Assembly: GCA_024654025.1 (NCBI GenBank)
Contig: JANLIR010000002.1
Span: forward strand, 168,959-232,958
DNA: 64,000 nucleotides
Direction of reading: 5' to 3'
DNA from: Candidatus Wolfebacteria bacterium
GTDB lineage: Bacteria; Patescibacteriota; Minisyncoccia; UBA6257; UBA9933
Shown here: one piece after another, positions 8,866 through 17,483 of the stretch
Numbering within the stretch: position 1 is the stretch's first letter
How the letters are laid out: each line of letters starts with the position of its first letter
Translations under genes and position numbers: made by a program
Notes under the pieces: generated by a model
Told to the model about the DNA's origin: nothing
What the model saw: the letters and a program-made list of their open reading frames with translations, nothing else
Database searches by the model: none

Positions 8866-8900
8866 TAGTTACCAGTCACTGGTTACCAATCACTAGTTAG
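8866..8900. repeat. 5 x 7-nt degenerate heptad array
   Basis: TAGTTAC CAGTCAC TGGTTAC CAATCAC TAGTTAG. Confidence 0.65.
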
Positions 8901-9006
8901 ATAATACCATTGTTCTGTCGTAAAATAAATGGTTTTATAACATGTCTTATTAAAGCAGAGCATTTTTATTGACAAATAAACATTAAAATGATACCCTTTA
9001 AAAATC

Positions 9007-9273
9007 ATGTTAACCAAAACTCAAAAGAAAAGTTTGATTAAAGAACATGCTATTAACGAAAAAGACAGCGGTTCTATGGAAGTCCAAGTTGCTTTTTTAA
9101 CTAAGCAAATAAGCGAGCTTACCGGCCATCTTAAAAAAAATCCCAAGGACCATTCTTCCAGAAGGGGGTTGCTTCAAATGGTTGGCAAGAGAAAAAGATT
9201 TCTTGATTATCTTTCAACCAAAAGAAAATCTTCTTACGACAAGATTGTTAAAAAACTCGGACTTAAAAAATAA
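9007..9273 (+). CDS. rpsO: 30S ribosomal protein S15
   Basis: GSMEVQVAFLTKQISELTGHLKKNPKDHSSRRGLLQMVGKRKRFLDYL. Confidence 0.95.
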   Translation: MLTKTQKKSLIKEHAINEKDSGSMEVQVAFLTKQISELTGHLKKNPKDHSSRRGLLQMVGKRKRFLDYLSTKRKSSYDKIVKKLGLKK

Positions 9274-9281
9274 AATTCGGC

Positions 9282-9797
9282 ATGAGAAATAAAAATCAAA
9301 GAGTAGGCATTTTTATAGATGTCCAAAATCTCTATCATTCCGCTAAGCATCTTTACGGCGGCAAGGTAAATTACAGGGAGCTTATAAAAACTCTTGTTGA
9401 CGGCCGTCAGCTAATCAGGGCTTTGGGCTATGTAGTTAAAAGCGAAACCTCCGATAAATCAGCGCCTACCGGCGAGGCGTCGTTTTTTGAGGCTTTGGAA
9501 AAAGCAGGCGTGGAACTAAGAATGAAAGATATCCAGGTTTTTCCGGGAGGCGTTAAAAAAGCCAACTGGGACGTGGGTATGGCTGTTGACGCTCTGAGAA
9601 TGTCCAGTTTTTTGGATGTCATAATTTTAGTTACTGGCGACGGCGATTTTGAACCGCTTGTTGAATATATCCAGTGGGGCATGGGCAGGATTGTTGAAGT
9701 TGCCGCTTTCAGTTATAATACTTCATCGAAATTAAAAGAAGCGGCCGATCTTTTTATTAATTTAGAAAAAAATCCCAGAATAATGATAAAAAAATAA
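9282..9797 (+). CDS. NYN/LabA-like (PIN-like) domain protein
   Basis: RVGIFIDVQNLYHSA...ILVTGDGDFEPLV, the hallmark of NYN domain proteins. Confidence 0.8.
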   Translation: MRNKNQRVGIFIDVQNLYHSAKHLYGGKVNYRELIKTLVDGRQLIRALGYVVKSETSDKSAPTGEASFFEALEKAGVELRMKDIQVFPGGVKKANWDVGMAVDALRMSSFLDVIILVTGDGDFEPLVEYIQWGMGRIVEVAAFSYNTSSKLKEAADLFINLEKNPRIMIKK

Positions 9798-9798
9798 A

Positions 9799-11910
9799 AT
9801 GCTTGAATCCAAAGAATTTTCAATTGATTTTCAAGGGAAACCCTTGAGCTTAAAAGTTTCCAAAATTGCCGAGCAAGCCAACTCGGCTGTTTTAGGCCAG
9901 TACGGCGATACCGTGGTTCTAGTAACCGCCACGATGGGCGAAAAAGACCGCGATACGGATTATTTTCCTTTGGTAGTTGATTACGAAGAAAAATTTTATG
10001 CCGCCGGAAAAATTATCGGCAGCCGGTTTATTCGGCGCGAAGGCCGGCCTTCGGAAGAAGCTATTCTTTCCGGAAGAATGATTGACCGGGCGCTTCGGCC
10101 CTTTTTTAATTCACGGATGAGAAGAGATGTTCAAATTGTAATCACTATCCTTTCTTACGACGAAGAAAACGATCCGGATTTTATTTCGCTTCTCTCCGCT
10201 TCAACCGCCTTGGCAATTTCCGATATTCCGTGGAATGGCCCTGTTGCCGGAGTAAGATTGGCAAAAATGAAAGGCGGAAATTTAATGATTAATCCGACCA
10301 AGACGGAAATTAGCGGCAGTGAATTTTTATTCGAATCTTTTGTCGCCGGAAATGAAAGTAAAATAAATATGATAGAACTGGCGGCAAACGAAGTTTCCGA
10401 AAAAGAAGTTATTAGTTCATTTGAAACAGCCCAGGAAGAAATAAAAAAATTGATAAAATTCCAAAAAGAAATTATTCCCAAAATCAGCAAACCAAAAGCC
10501 GAAGTGCTTCTTGTTGAGCCGGATCCGAATTTAAAGCATAAAGTTCAGGAATTTTTAAAAAATAAATTAGAAAACGCAGTTTATGTTTCCGATAAAGCCC
10601 AGCAGCGCCATATTTTGCGAAAGTTAAAAGAAGATTTGAAAGAGCATTTGGTTTCTGAGGGGCTAATTCCGGAAGGAATTGATGCTATTGTAGAGGAAGA
10701 AATCGACGCGCTTATCCATAAAAATATTTTGGAAAAAGATATGAGGCCGGACTCTCGAAAACTCGATGAGGTCAGAGCGCTTTTCGGCCAAGTCGGTTTA
10801 TTTAAACGGCTTCACGGTTCCGCCTTGTTTTTTAGGGGTAGTACTCAATCGTTGGCAGTTACAACTTTAGCCGCTCCCGGACAGGAGCAAATGATAGAAA
10901 CAATGGAAGTTTCAGGGAAACGCAGATTTATGCTCCATTACAATTTTCCGCCTTATTCGGTTGGAGAAATAGGCAGACTGGGCGGACCGGGACGCCGAGA
11001 AGTCGGCCACGGCGCTTTGGCGGAAAAAGCCATAAGGTCAATAATCCCCTCAAAAGAGGAATTCCCTTATACTATCCGTGTTGTTTCAGAGATTTTGTCT
11101 TCAAACGGGTCATCTTCTATGGCAACTGTCTGCTCGTCGGTATTATCGCTAATGGATGCAGGTGTTCCTATTAAAAAGCCGGTGGCAGGCATTGCTATGG
11201 GAATTATTATGGGACAAGCGACAAGCGACAAGCGACAAGATTACAAAGTGCTGACCGATATTCAAGGCCCGGAAGATCACTACGGCGATATGGATTGTAA
11301 AGTTGCAGGCACAACCGACGGAATTACCGCCATACAAATGGACGTGAAAATTGACGGCGTTACCACCGAAATTTTAAATGACGTGTTAGTTCAAGCCAAA
11401 AAAGCCCGCCTTGAGATTTTGGAAGTTATGAAATCCGTTATTGATAAGCCTAGGGAAAAACTTTCAGAGTTCGCGCCAATTATTTTGACAATCAACATTA
11501 GTCCGGAAAGAATCGGCGAAGTTATCGGCCCGGGCGGAAAAATGATTAATATGATAATTAAAGACACCGGCGTTACGACAATAGATATCGAACAAACCGG
11601 AAAAGTTTTTGTTTCCGCCACTACTCCCGAACAAGCCCAAGCGGCGATTGGGTTCATCCAATCCTTAACAAAAGAATTCGAGGTCGGCGAAATTATTGAA
11701 GGCAAGATTATCAAACTTTTGGAATTTGGAGCCATTGTCGATTTGGGAGGCGGCAATGACGGAATGATTCACATTTCAGAAGTAAAAAGCGGATTTGTAA
11801 AAGATATTAATGAAGTTCTTAAATTGGGCGATGTTGTGAGGGCAAAAATTATAAAAGTTGAAAACGGAAAAATCGGACTTTCGATAAAAGCCTTGGCGGA
11901 ACAAAAATAG
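9799..11910 (+). CDS. pnp: polynucleotide phosphorylase
   Basis: Two RNase PH domains (GSALFFRGSTQ, SSNGSSSMATVC, DHYGDMDCKVAGT), then KH (GPGGKMINMI) and S1 (GAIVDLGGGNDGMIHISE). Confidence 0.97.
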   Translation: MLESKEFSIDFQGKPLSLKVSKIAEQANSAVLGQYGDTVVLVTATMGEKDRDTDYFPLVVDYEEKFYAAGKIIGSRFIRREGRPSEEAILSGRMIDRALRPFFNSRMRRDVQIVITILSYDEENDPDFISLLSASTALAISDIPWNGPVAGVRLAKMKGGNLMINPTKTEISGSEFLFESFVAGNESKINMIELAANEVSEKEVISSFETAQEEIKKLIKFQKEIIPKISKPKAEVLLVEPDPNLKHKVQEFLKNKLENAVYVSDKAQQRHILRKLKEDLKEHLVSEGLIPEGIDAIVEEEIDALIHKNILEKDMRPDSRKLDEVRALFGQVGLFKRLHGSALFFRGSTQSLAVTTLAAPGQEQMIETMEVSGKRRFMLHYNFPPYSVGEIGRLGGPGRREVGHGALAEKAIRSIIPSKEEFPYTIRVVSEILSSNGSSSMATVCSSVLSLMDAGVPIKKPVAGIAMGIIMGQATSDKRQDYKVLTDIQGPEDHYGDMDCKVAGTTDGITAIQMDVKIDGVTTEILNDVLVQAKKARLEILEVMKSVIDKPREKLSEFAPIILTINISPERIGEVIGPGGKMINMIIKDTGVTTIDIEQTGKVFVSATTPEQAQAAIGFIQSLTKEFEVGEIIEGKIIKLLEFGAIVDLGGGNDGMIHISEVKSGFVKDINEVLKLGDVVRAKIIKVENGKIGLSIKALAEQK
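11213..11240 (+). repeat. heptanucleotide tandem repeat inside pnp
   Basis: GACAAGC x3 (perfect) plus GACAAGA. Encodes QATSDKRQD. Confidence 0.85.
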
Positions 11911-11916
11911 AAAACA

Positions 11917-11945
11917 AAAAACTCGCCACTAGGCGAGTTTTTTAG
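11917..11945. terminator. bidirectional terminator hairpin between pnp and rpsT
   Basis: aaaaACTCGCC acta GGCGAGTttttt. Overlaps the last rpsT codons. Confidence 0.7.
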
Positions 11946-12183
11946 TTAAGCGAGACTTAAGCCGAGCCGCCTTATTTTTTGCTATTATCTTCACTTTCGC
12001 GGCCTTGTCTAATTTTTTATAAACGGTTTTTAGCTGCTCTCTTGCTTTTTCTTTGTCTTTGGCTTCAAGGAGATTTTTGTATTCCTTGAGAACTTTTCTT
12101 AAATCAATTTTTCTTTTCGCGTTTATTTTTCTTTTCCGCTCGCTTTGTCTTAAAGCTTTTTTTGCTGATTTTGTTCTTGGCAT
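11929..12183 (-). CDS. rpsT: 30S ribosomal protein S20
   Basis: MPRTKSAKKALRQSERKRKINAKRK... basic helical protein of typical S20 length. Confidence 0.9.
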   Translation of the reverse strand: MPRTKSAKKALRQSERKRKINAKRKIDLRKVLKEYKNLLEAKDKEKAREQLKTVYKKLDKAAKVKIIAKNKAARLKSRLTKKLA

Positions 12184-12338
12184 ATGAATTAAAATTTGTT
12201 TACGTTCGTTATCTTATTATATAAGAGATTAATTGTCAACGCGTCTTTTACCAAAACTTGTGCGGGGTAAAAGAAGGATAAAAAATGGCCAGAGCAAGGC
12301 TCCGGCCAACGGGCGTATTTCTTCTCGGCGTTTTAGGT

Positions 12339-12905
12339 TTATTGTCCGAATTCATCGGATATATAAACCGACATTTCTTGAAATGCTTTATCATACAAGT
12401 TACTGTTCGGGGCGGTGTCGTTTAGGATTTGTACGCACTGATTAAATGTCAGGTGAATATCGCGGCAAATTTTATTCTCCACTTCCTTCTTGACGCATCT
12501 GACCTTTTCACGGAATTCATAACATACATTCAATAATTTAAACAGCGTGTATAGTTTATCAAAGTCATCCCCCGCCTTTTCTTTCATTTTGGAAATTATT
12601 TTATCGCGGCTTTTGCAGGCGGAAATGGTTGATTCATCTCGCGGAGTAAGGTCAAAAAGCGTTTTCCAGTGCCAAAAATCCGAAGCGCGTTTTTCCATTA
12701 AGTCCCAAATAAGCAGTTTACGACCGAAATAAATATTTGCTCGGTAAATTTTGACCAATTGATCAAACTCAAGCGCGGCGATAAAATCTTGGGAGATAAT
12801 TTTTGTGTTGTGGAGCAGTGAAACCGCCAGTCCGAAGTCAAGTCCTTTAAAAGCCAATATTTCGATCGTGTCTTTCAGTTCTTGCGCCCTTTGGTTCTGG
12901 TCCAT
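12339..12905 (-). CDS. hypothetical protein (GC-richer cassette)
   Basis: ORF preceded by tGGGGGTGAatcATG. No family recognised. Confidence 0.5.
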   Translation of the reverse strand: MDQNQRAQELKDTIEILAFKGLDFGLAVSLLHNTKIISQDFIAALEFDQLVKIYRANIYFGRKLLIWDLMEKRASDFWHWKTLFDLTPRDESTISACKSRDKIISKMKEKAGDDFDKLYTLFKLLNVCYEFREKVRCVKKEVENKICRDIHLTFNQCVQILNDTAPNSNLYDKAFQEMSVYISDEFGQ

Positions 12906-13049
12906 GATTCACCCCCATAGGATTTCGCCATTTTTGGCGTGAAGAGTGTGCCGATTTAAATAAAAACTGATTACAAACTAAGTTAAAAACGCATTGCTGT
13001 CAATTTCCTTCCCTTTATACTTTTTGCTTTCTACTTTATACTATCCATA

Positions 13050-13628
13050 ATGATTTACTCTCTCTCTGGAAAGCTCACCGTAAAAACCAAACTTTTTATC
13101 ATTATTGAAACAAGTGGAATCGGCTTTAAAGTTTTTGTTTCGCGGCGGACAATTAATAAGCTTCCGAAAATAAATTCGAAAGCGAAAATTTTTTGCCATA
13201 CTTACGTCAAACAAGACGGAATCGAGCTTTACGGATTTTACGATAAAACCGAAATGGACGTTTTTGAAATGTTAACTTCAATTAGCGGCGTTGGTCCGAA
13301 AATGGCTTTAAAAATTTTATCGGTCATAAAACCGGAAGAATTAATGTCGGCCGTAAATAAAAACCGCGCCGATCTTCTTACAAAAATTTCCGGAGTCGGC
13401 AAAAAAACAGCCGAGCGGATAATTTTGGAATTAAAAGACAAAATAGCCGTTAAAGAAAGCGAAGAAATTATTTCTATGCTGGAAATCGATATTGACATTT
13501 CCGAAGCGCTCAAAAGAATGGGTTATAGGCAAAACGAAGTGAAGGAAGCCGTAAAAGCTATTTCTTCAAAAAGCGAAAAACCGGAAGAAAGAATAAGGGA
13601 AGCATTGAAATTTTTAAATAAAAGATAG
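13050..13628 (+). CDS. ruvA: Holliday junction DNA helicase RuvA
   Basis: N-terminal OB fold, HhH motifs (LTSISGVGPKMALKIL, LTKISGVGKKTAERIILELK), C-terminal domain III. Confidence 0.9.
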   Translation: MIYSLSGKLTVKTKLFIIIETSGIGFKVFVSRRTINKLPKINSKAKIFCHTYVKQDGIELYGFYDKTEMDVFEMLTSISGVGPKMALKILSVIKPEELMSAVNKNRADLLTKISGVGKKTAERIILELKDKIAVKESEEIISMLEIDIDISEALKRMGYRQNEVKEAVKAISSKSEKPEERIREALKFLNKR

Positions 13629-13635
13629 TTAAATT

Positions 13636-13780
13636 TATTCCCAATCAAATATATTCCCGCTACCGTTCAACCGCCCAGCGAGCGATTTCACTGGCGCCGC
13701 TTCTTCGCTCGGTCGCCACAGGCGACCACCGTGCCCGCTCAGTCGCGGAGCCGCGCTGTGAATATATTTGTTTGAGAATA
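13636..13780. mobile_element. MITE-like element or structured RNA: GC-rich core between 21-nt imperfect terminal inverted repeats
   Basis: TATTCCCAATCAAATATATTC (13636-13656) pairs with GAATATATTTGTTTGAGAATA (13760-13780), 19/21. The core contains GGTCGCC aca GGCGACC. Confidence 0.5.
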
Positions 13781-13790
13781 TCAAATAAAA

Positions 13791-15152
13791 ATGAATTTAG
13801 AAAAAATTTTAAATTTAGGAAGGAAAGTTATTCCAAAGCCTGTTTTTGAATTTTTTCAGCCAGCCTACCATTGGATGCTGGCTTTTTTAGGCGCTTTTCT
13901 TTACGGCTCTCCGTCAAAAAATATGATAATTATCGGAGTTACGGGCACAAAAGGCAAAACTACCACTTGCGATCTTATTGCTCAAATTTTAAATTCGTTC
14001 GGCTATAAAACCGCGCTTGTTACCACTGCCTTGGTGCGCATAGGAGACGAGGAGTGGAAAAACGAGCATAAACAAACAATGCTTGGCCGGTTTAAGCTCC
14101 AGAAATTTTTAAGCCAAGCCGACGAGTTAAAATGCCGGTACGCTGTTGTGGAGACATCTTCAGAAGGTATTTTGCAATACAGGCACCGGTTTATAGATTA
14201 TGATGTGGCGGTTTTTACCAATCTATTCCCTGAACACATAGAACGCCACGGCGGTTTTGAAAATTATAGAAACGCTAAAGTAAAATTATTCGAAAAACTG
14301 GCAAAAAAAGACAACGGAATAGGAATTTATAATTTAGATGATTCGGATGTTAATTATTTTTTGGAGCCCGGAATAAAAACAAAAATAGGATATACAATAA
14401 ATAACCAACGACCAACAACTATTAATCAAGAACTCATGGAATCTTTGCAGAAAATTATCGAAGTTAAAAATATTGAACAGGGACTAGACGGATCGAAATT
14501 TTCAATTAATGGCGAGAGATTCAAAACTCCCCTGATAGGAGAATTTAATGTGTACAATGCGGTAGCCGCTATTACTGTTGCGATATCCCAAGGTGTTCCG
14601 CTTAATAAAATAAAACCTATTATTAGCAGAGCAAAACAAACTCCCGGCAGATTGGAAAAAGTAGAAAACGAAAAAGGATTCACGGTCATTATTGATTACG
14701 CGCATGAACCGTTTAGTTTGGAATCGGTTTACAAAGCAGCCGCAAGTTACAAAGCGAAACCTAAAAGTTCTATGTTGTGCCTTTTGGGAGCCCAAGGCGG
14801 CGGACGAGACAGATGGAAGAGGCCGAAAATGGGAAGTATCGCCGCTCAATATTGCGATAAGATAATTTTAACAAATGAAGATCCTTACGACGAAAATCCA
14901 AATCAAATTTTAGACGATATCGAGGAAGGCGTTCGAGCTGGATTTCGCAACAATCCAAAAAAATTCGCAACCGTAAATAAAATTATAGATAGAAAAGAAG
15001 CAATCCAAAAAGCTGTTTCTCTTGCGAAAAAAGGCGATGTTGTGGTTTTAACCGGTAAAGGCGGAGAAACATTTATGTGTATTGAGAATAATAAAAAAAA
15101 TCTCTGGGATGAAAAAACGGTTGTTGAAGAGGTATTGAATAGTTTCTCATAA
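13791..15152 (+). CDS. Mur ligase family protein (MurE-like)
   Basis: GVTGTKGKTTT P-loop, DYAHEPFSLESV, TNEDPYDENP. Confidence 0.75.
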   Translation: MNLEKILNLGRKVIPKPVFEFFQPAYHWMLAFLGAFLYGSPSKNMIIIGVTGTKGKTTTCDLIAQILNSFGYKTALVTTALVRIGDEEWKNEHKQTMLGRFKLQKFLSQADELKCRYAVVETSSEGILQYRHRFIDYDVAVFTNLFPEHIERHGGFENYRNAKVKLFEKLAKKDNGIGIYNLDDSDVNYFLEPGIKTKIGYTINNQRPTTINQELMESLQKIIEVKNIEQGLDGSKFSINGERFKTPLIGEFNVYNAVAAITVAISQGVPLNKIKPIISRAKQTPGRLEKVENEKGFTVIIDYAHEPFSLESVYKAAASYKAKPKSSMLCLLGAQGGGRDRWKRPKMGSIAAQYCDKIILTNEDPYDENPNQILDDIEEGVRAGFRNNPKKFATVNKIIDRKEAIQKAVSLAKKGDVVVLTGKGGETFMCIENNKKNLWDEKTVVEEVLNSFS

Positions 15153-15217
15153 TGGTGTAGCTTTTTAAAAGTTTATTTGTCAGAAAAAAATCATATTACA
15201 TAGAGGAGGGGGTAGCG

Positions 15218-15718
15218 ATGGATAAGCAGATCTACTATGGGTTGCTGTCTCTTATTCCTATTTCGGGCATTGTTCTAGTTACTGTCACTGCAATTTTATT
15301 GATTGTAAAGTTGAGGGCGGTTAAGGGGCAAACGATAATAGTGCTTTTTATAATTGGAGTTGCTCTATGCGAGCTTCGGCCGCAAGAATTAAAAAACGTC
15401 ACGATTTTTTCTGAGTTGCCAGACAATCGTTATCAAATTGCCGGTCAAGTGCCAACAGTTAATTATGCGATAATTAGCTACAAGGGAAGAAATGGAATCG
15501 ATGTGGTAATGGTTAAGGATGTTCCGGGCGATTTAAAATTAGGCACGATTTTTGTCATTAAAAATGGGCAGGTGGAAATAGAGTGGCAACCGGAAGACCA
15601 ACAAGAGGAACAACAAAAAAAAGAACAAAAAGAAGAGACAGAGGAATATAGATTCGGTCCGTATGATTTTCGTATCAGGGCGGCCTCCAAAGATAAGGAG
15701 GCTGCTTTTTTTGCGTAA
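15218..15718 (+). CDS. hypothetical membrane-anchored protein (GC-richer cassette)
   Basis: GAGGAGGGGGtagcgATG RBS, two N-terminal TM helices, acidic/Gln-rich tail. Confidence 0.5.
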   Translation: MDKQIYYGLLSLIPISGIVLVTVTAILLIVKLRAVKGQTIIVLFIIGVALCELRPQELKNVTIFSELPDNRYQIAGQVPTVNYAIISYKGRNGIDVVMVKDVPGDLKLGTIFVIKNGQVEIEWQPEDQQEEQQKKEQKEETEEYRFGPYDFRIRAASKDKEAAFFA

Positions 15719-15723
15719 AAAAA

Positions 15724-15742
15724 GGTCCCTTATGCAGGGACC
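15724..15742. terminator. hairpin between convergent cassette genes
   Basis: GGTCCC ttatgca GGGACC. Confidence 0.55.
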
Positions 15743-16017
15743 ACCTCAACTCCTTTCTTTTCCGGGGGGTTTCTCCGAAAATATTCTTTGGCCTTGTCGC
15801 AGGCCGCGGCAAAAGCGGCCGGCGCGACAACGTAGTTGTGAGTGTCACGCGTGTGCGCGCCCGGCTTAAATCTCTCATTAAGACCGCCGGCTGTTACGAT
15901 ACGACGACCGAAGCGTGTCTTGTGACGGAAAGGTATAACAACCCCCTCTGTCCAGACCTGAACGATGTTTGGGTTGCCAAGCTTCTTTCCTGTTTCGAAA
16001 ACCCAGACATTCAGCAA
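15730..16017 (-). CDS. hypothetical protein (GC-rich cassette), TTG start
   Basis: gGAAGGAGGcgcaacTTG. 95 aa. No family recognised. Confidence 0.45.
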   Translation of the reverse strand: MLNVWVFETGKKLGNPNIVQVWTEGVVIPFRHKTRFGRRIVTAGGLNERFKPGAHTRDTHNYVVAPAAFAAACDKAKEYFRRNPPEKKGVEVVPA

Positions 16018-16031
16018 GTTGCGCCTCCTTC

Positions 16032-16214
16032 CTAATAGTGAAAGGTCAGGATCGACTTCATGAAAGCGGGATACCGAGAAGTCAGGATCACCATCATGAA
16101 GGCGAACACGGTCATGATCAGCATCCCTCTGAATATCGGCTGGAAAAACCTGCGAGTGAAGTGGTCATTCCGCTTCCTTTTGCTGTTGTGCTTCTGGTTC
16201 GTATAAATAAACAT
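16032..16214 (-). CDS. hypothetical small membrane protein (GC-rich cassette)
   Basis: GGGGGGTGAaaATG at 16214, one TM helix (GMLIMTVFAFMMVILT), 60 aa. Confidence 0.4.
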   Translation of the reverse strand: MFIYTNQKHNSKRKRNDHFTRRFFQPIFRGMLIMTVFAFMMVILTSRYPAFMKSILTFHY

Positions 16215-16303
16215 TTTCACCCCCCACAAAGATTTTTTACGATCTGGCTAAATAGTAGCATATTTTTTAAAGTTTGTAAAGAGGGGTAAAATAGCCCGTC
16301 TAT

Positions 16304-16687
16304 TCAGAGATTTATATTCTTGTAATGAGAAATGATGGGGTTATTAGTGTTGTTTAGGGTTATAGCAATTAAATCAATTCGCCACCCCATTTCCTTATTT
16401 ATTAAGCCTTGATTAGCGCCTGAATATAAAGAGGCGGTTCTGGCTACTTTTTTAAGCTTAGAAGCAGTTAATTGATCCTCGGGTTTTAGGTTGAAATTGG
16501 TAGATTGTTGGAGGGTTTTGACTTCTATAAAAACAAGAGTTTTGTCGTGGTCTTTAGCTATGATATCTATCTCTCCCCACGGCTTCCTATAATTCCGCTC
16601 AATAATCCGGTATCTATTGTTGATTAAGCACTCGCAAGCCAAATCTTCGCCTAATTGCCCAGTTTTTTGTTTATCTGTTGAATCCAT
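16304..16687 (-). CDS. YraN-family (UPF0102) endonuclease-like protein
   Basis: GQLGEDLACECL...YRKPWGEIDIIAKD...LVFIEVKT. Confidence 0.8.
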   Translation of the reverse strand: MDSTDKQKTGQLGEDLACECLINNRYRIIERNYRKPWGEIDIIAKDHDKTLVFIEVKTLQQSTNFNLKPEDQLTASKLKKVARTASLYSGANQGLINKEMGWRIDLIAITLNNTNNPIISHYKNINL

Positions 16688-16767
16688 CCAGTATTTTTGT
16701 TAGTATTTTATAAATGTTGCTCGGGTAAACATTATTTAAATTGTACCACGTGTAATACGATAAACAA

Positions 16768-17199
16768 ATGCAAACAAAAAAAATTACAGCAGAATATATT
16801 AGGGGCTTTATTGAGGGCGTGGGAACTTTTACTTTCACAACCTCGTCACGGGGTTTCAATAAAAAGGTTAAAATACCAACTTTTCAATTAAGAATGAATA
16901 TTCGAGATAAACGGTTAATTGAATTGATTAAAGGACATCTCGGACTTAAAAATAGGGTTTATATGTATCATTATCCGGGAACTGATGGCGCAAAACGAGG
17001 GCCACAAGCGATGTTAATAGTCCGAGAAATAGGTAATCTGAAAAATATAATCATCCCTTTCTTTTACGATAAGCTGGTTGGGTATAAAGCAGCCCAATTT
17101 AATAAGTGGCTTGAAAGAATAGGTAAAGACTCGGAAGTGCCAGAGGGATTTAAGATTCTATACCGTCTTCATAAATCCGGTTGGTTTTCAAAGAAATAG
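16768..17199 (+). CDS. free-standing LAGLIDADG homing endonuclease (single-motif type)
   Basis: AEYIRGFIEGVGTFTF is LAGLIDADG-like. 143 aa. Confidence 0.7.
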   Translation: MQTKKITAEYIRGFIEGVGTFTFTTSSRGFNKKVKIPTFQLRMNIRDKRLIELIKGHLGLKNRVYMYHYPGTDGAKRGPQAMLIVREIGNLKNIIIPFFYDKLVGYKAAQFNKWLERIGKDSEVPEGFKILYRLHKSGWFSKK

Positions 17200-17227
17200 C
17201 ATTAAAATGGTTTAGTAGGTAAAAATA

Positions 17228-17255
17228 CTAATTCGGCAATGGTCATTGCCGAATT
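17228..17255. repeat. 12-bp-stem palindrome
   Basis: AATTCGGCAATG gt CATTGCCGAATT. A related hairpin lies at 17450-17485 (AGTTCGGCAATCC ... GGATTGCCGAACT). Confidence 0.7.
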
Positions 17256-17483
17256 AAAATAGGGGTTTTGCCGAATTAAAATGTTGGGAATGTTTTACAA
17301 CCAACACTTTGAATCAAATTTTAAGGGTCTAAAGTGTCAAAAATGTTTATCAAGTTTTGATAAACAATCTTTTACGACAGATTAGCTTAAAATTGGGCTA
17401 AAAAGTGTTTATCAAGTTTTGGCAAACATTTTCGGAAAGTTTAGTAAATAGTTCGGCAATCCGTTATTTGATGGATTGCCGAA

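Noticed and set aside
8807-8900. Heptad arrays as a possible CRISPR array
   Set aside because: The period is 7 nt and there are no unique spacers. No repeats of 20-40 nt and no cas genes occur in the window.
15663-16289. Plus-strand ORFs 15663-15869, 15838-16035 and 15969-16289 in the GC-rich islet
   Set aside because: They have no RBS and implausible His/Arg/Pro-rich translations. The minus-strand ORFs have GGAGG-type RBSs at correct spacing.
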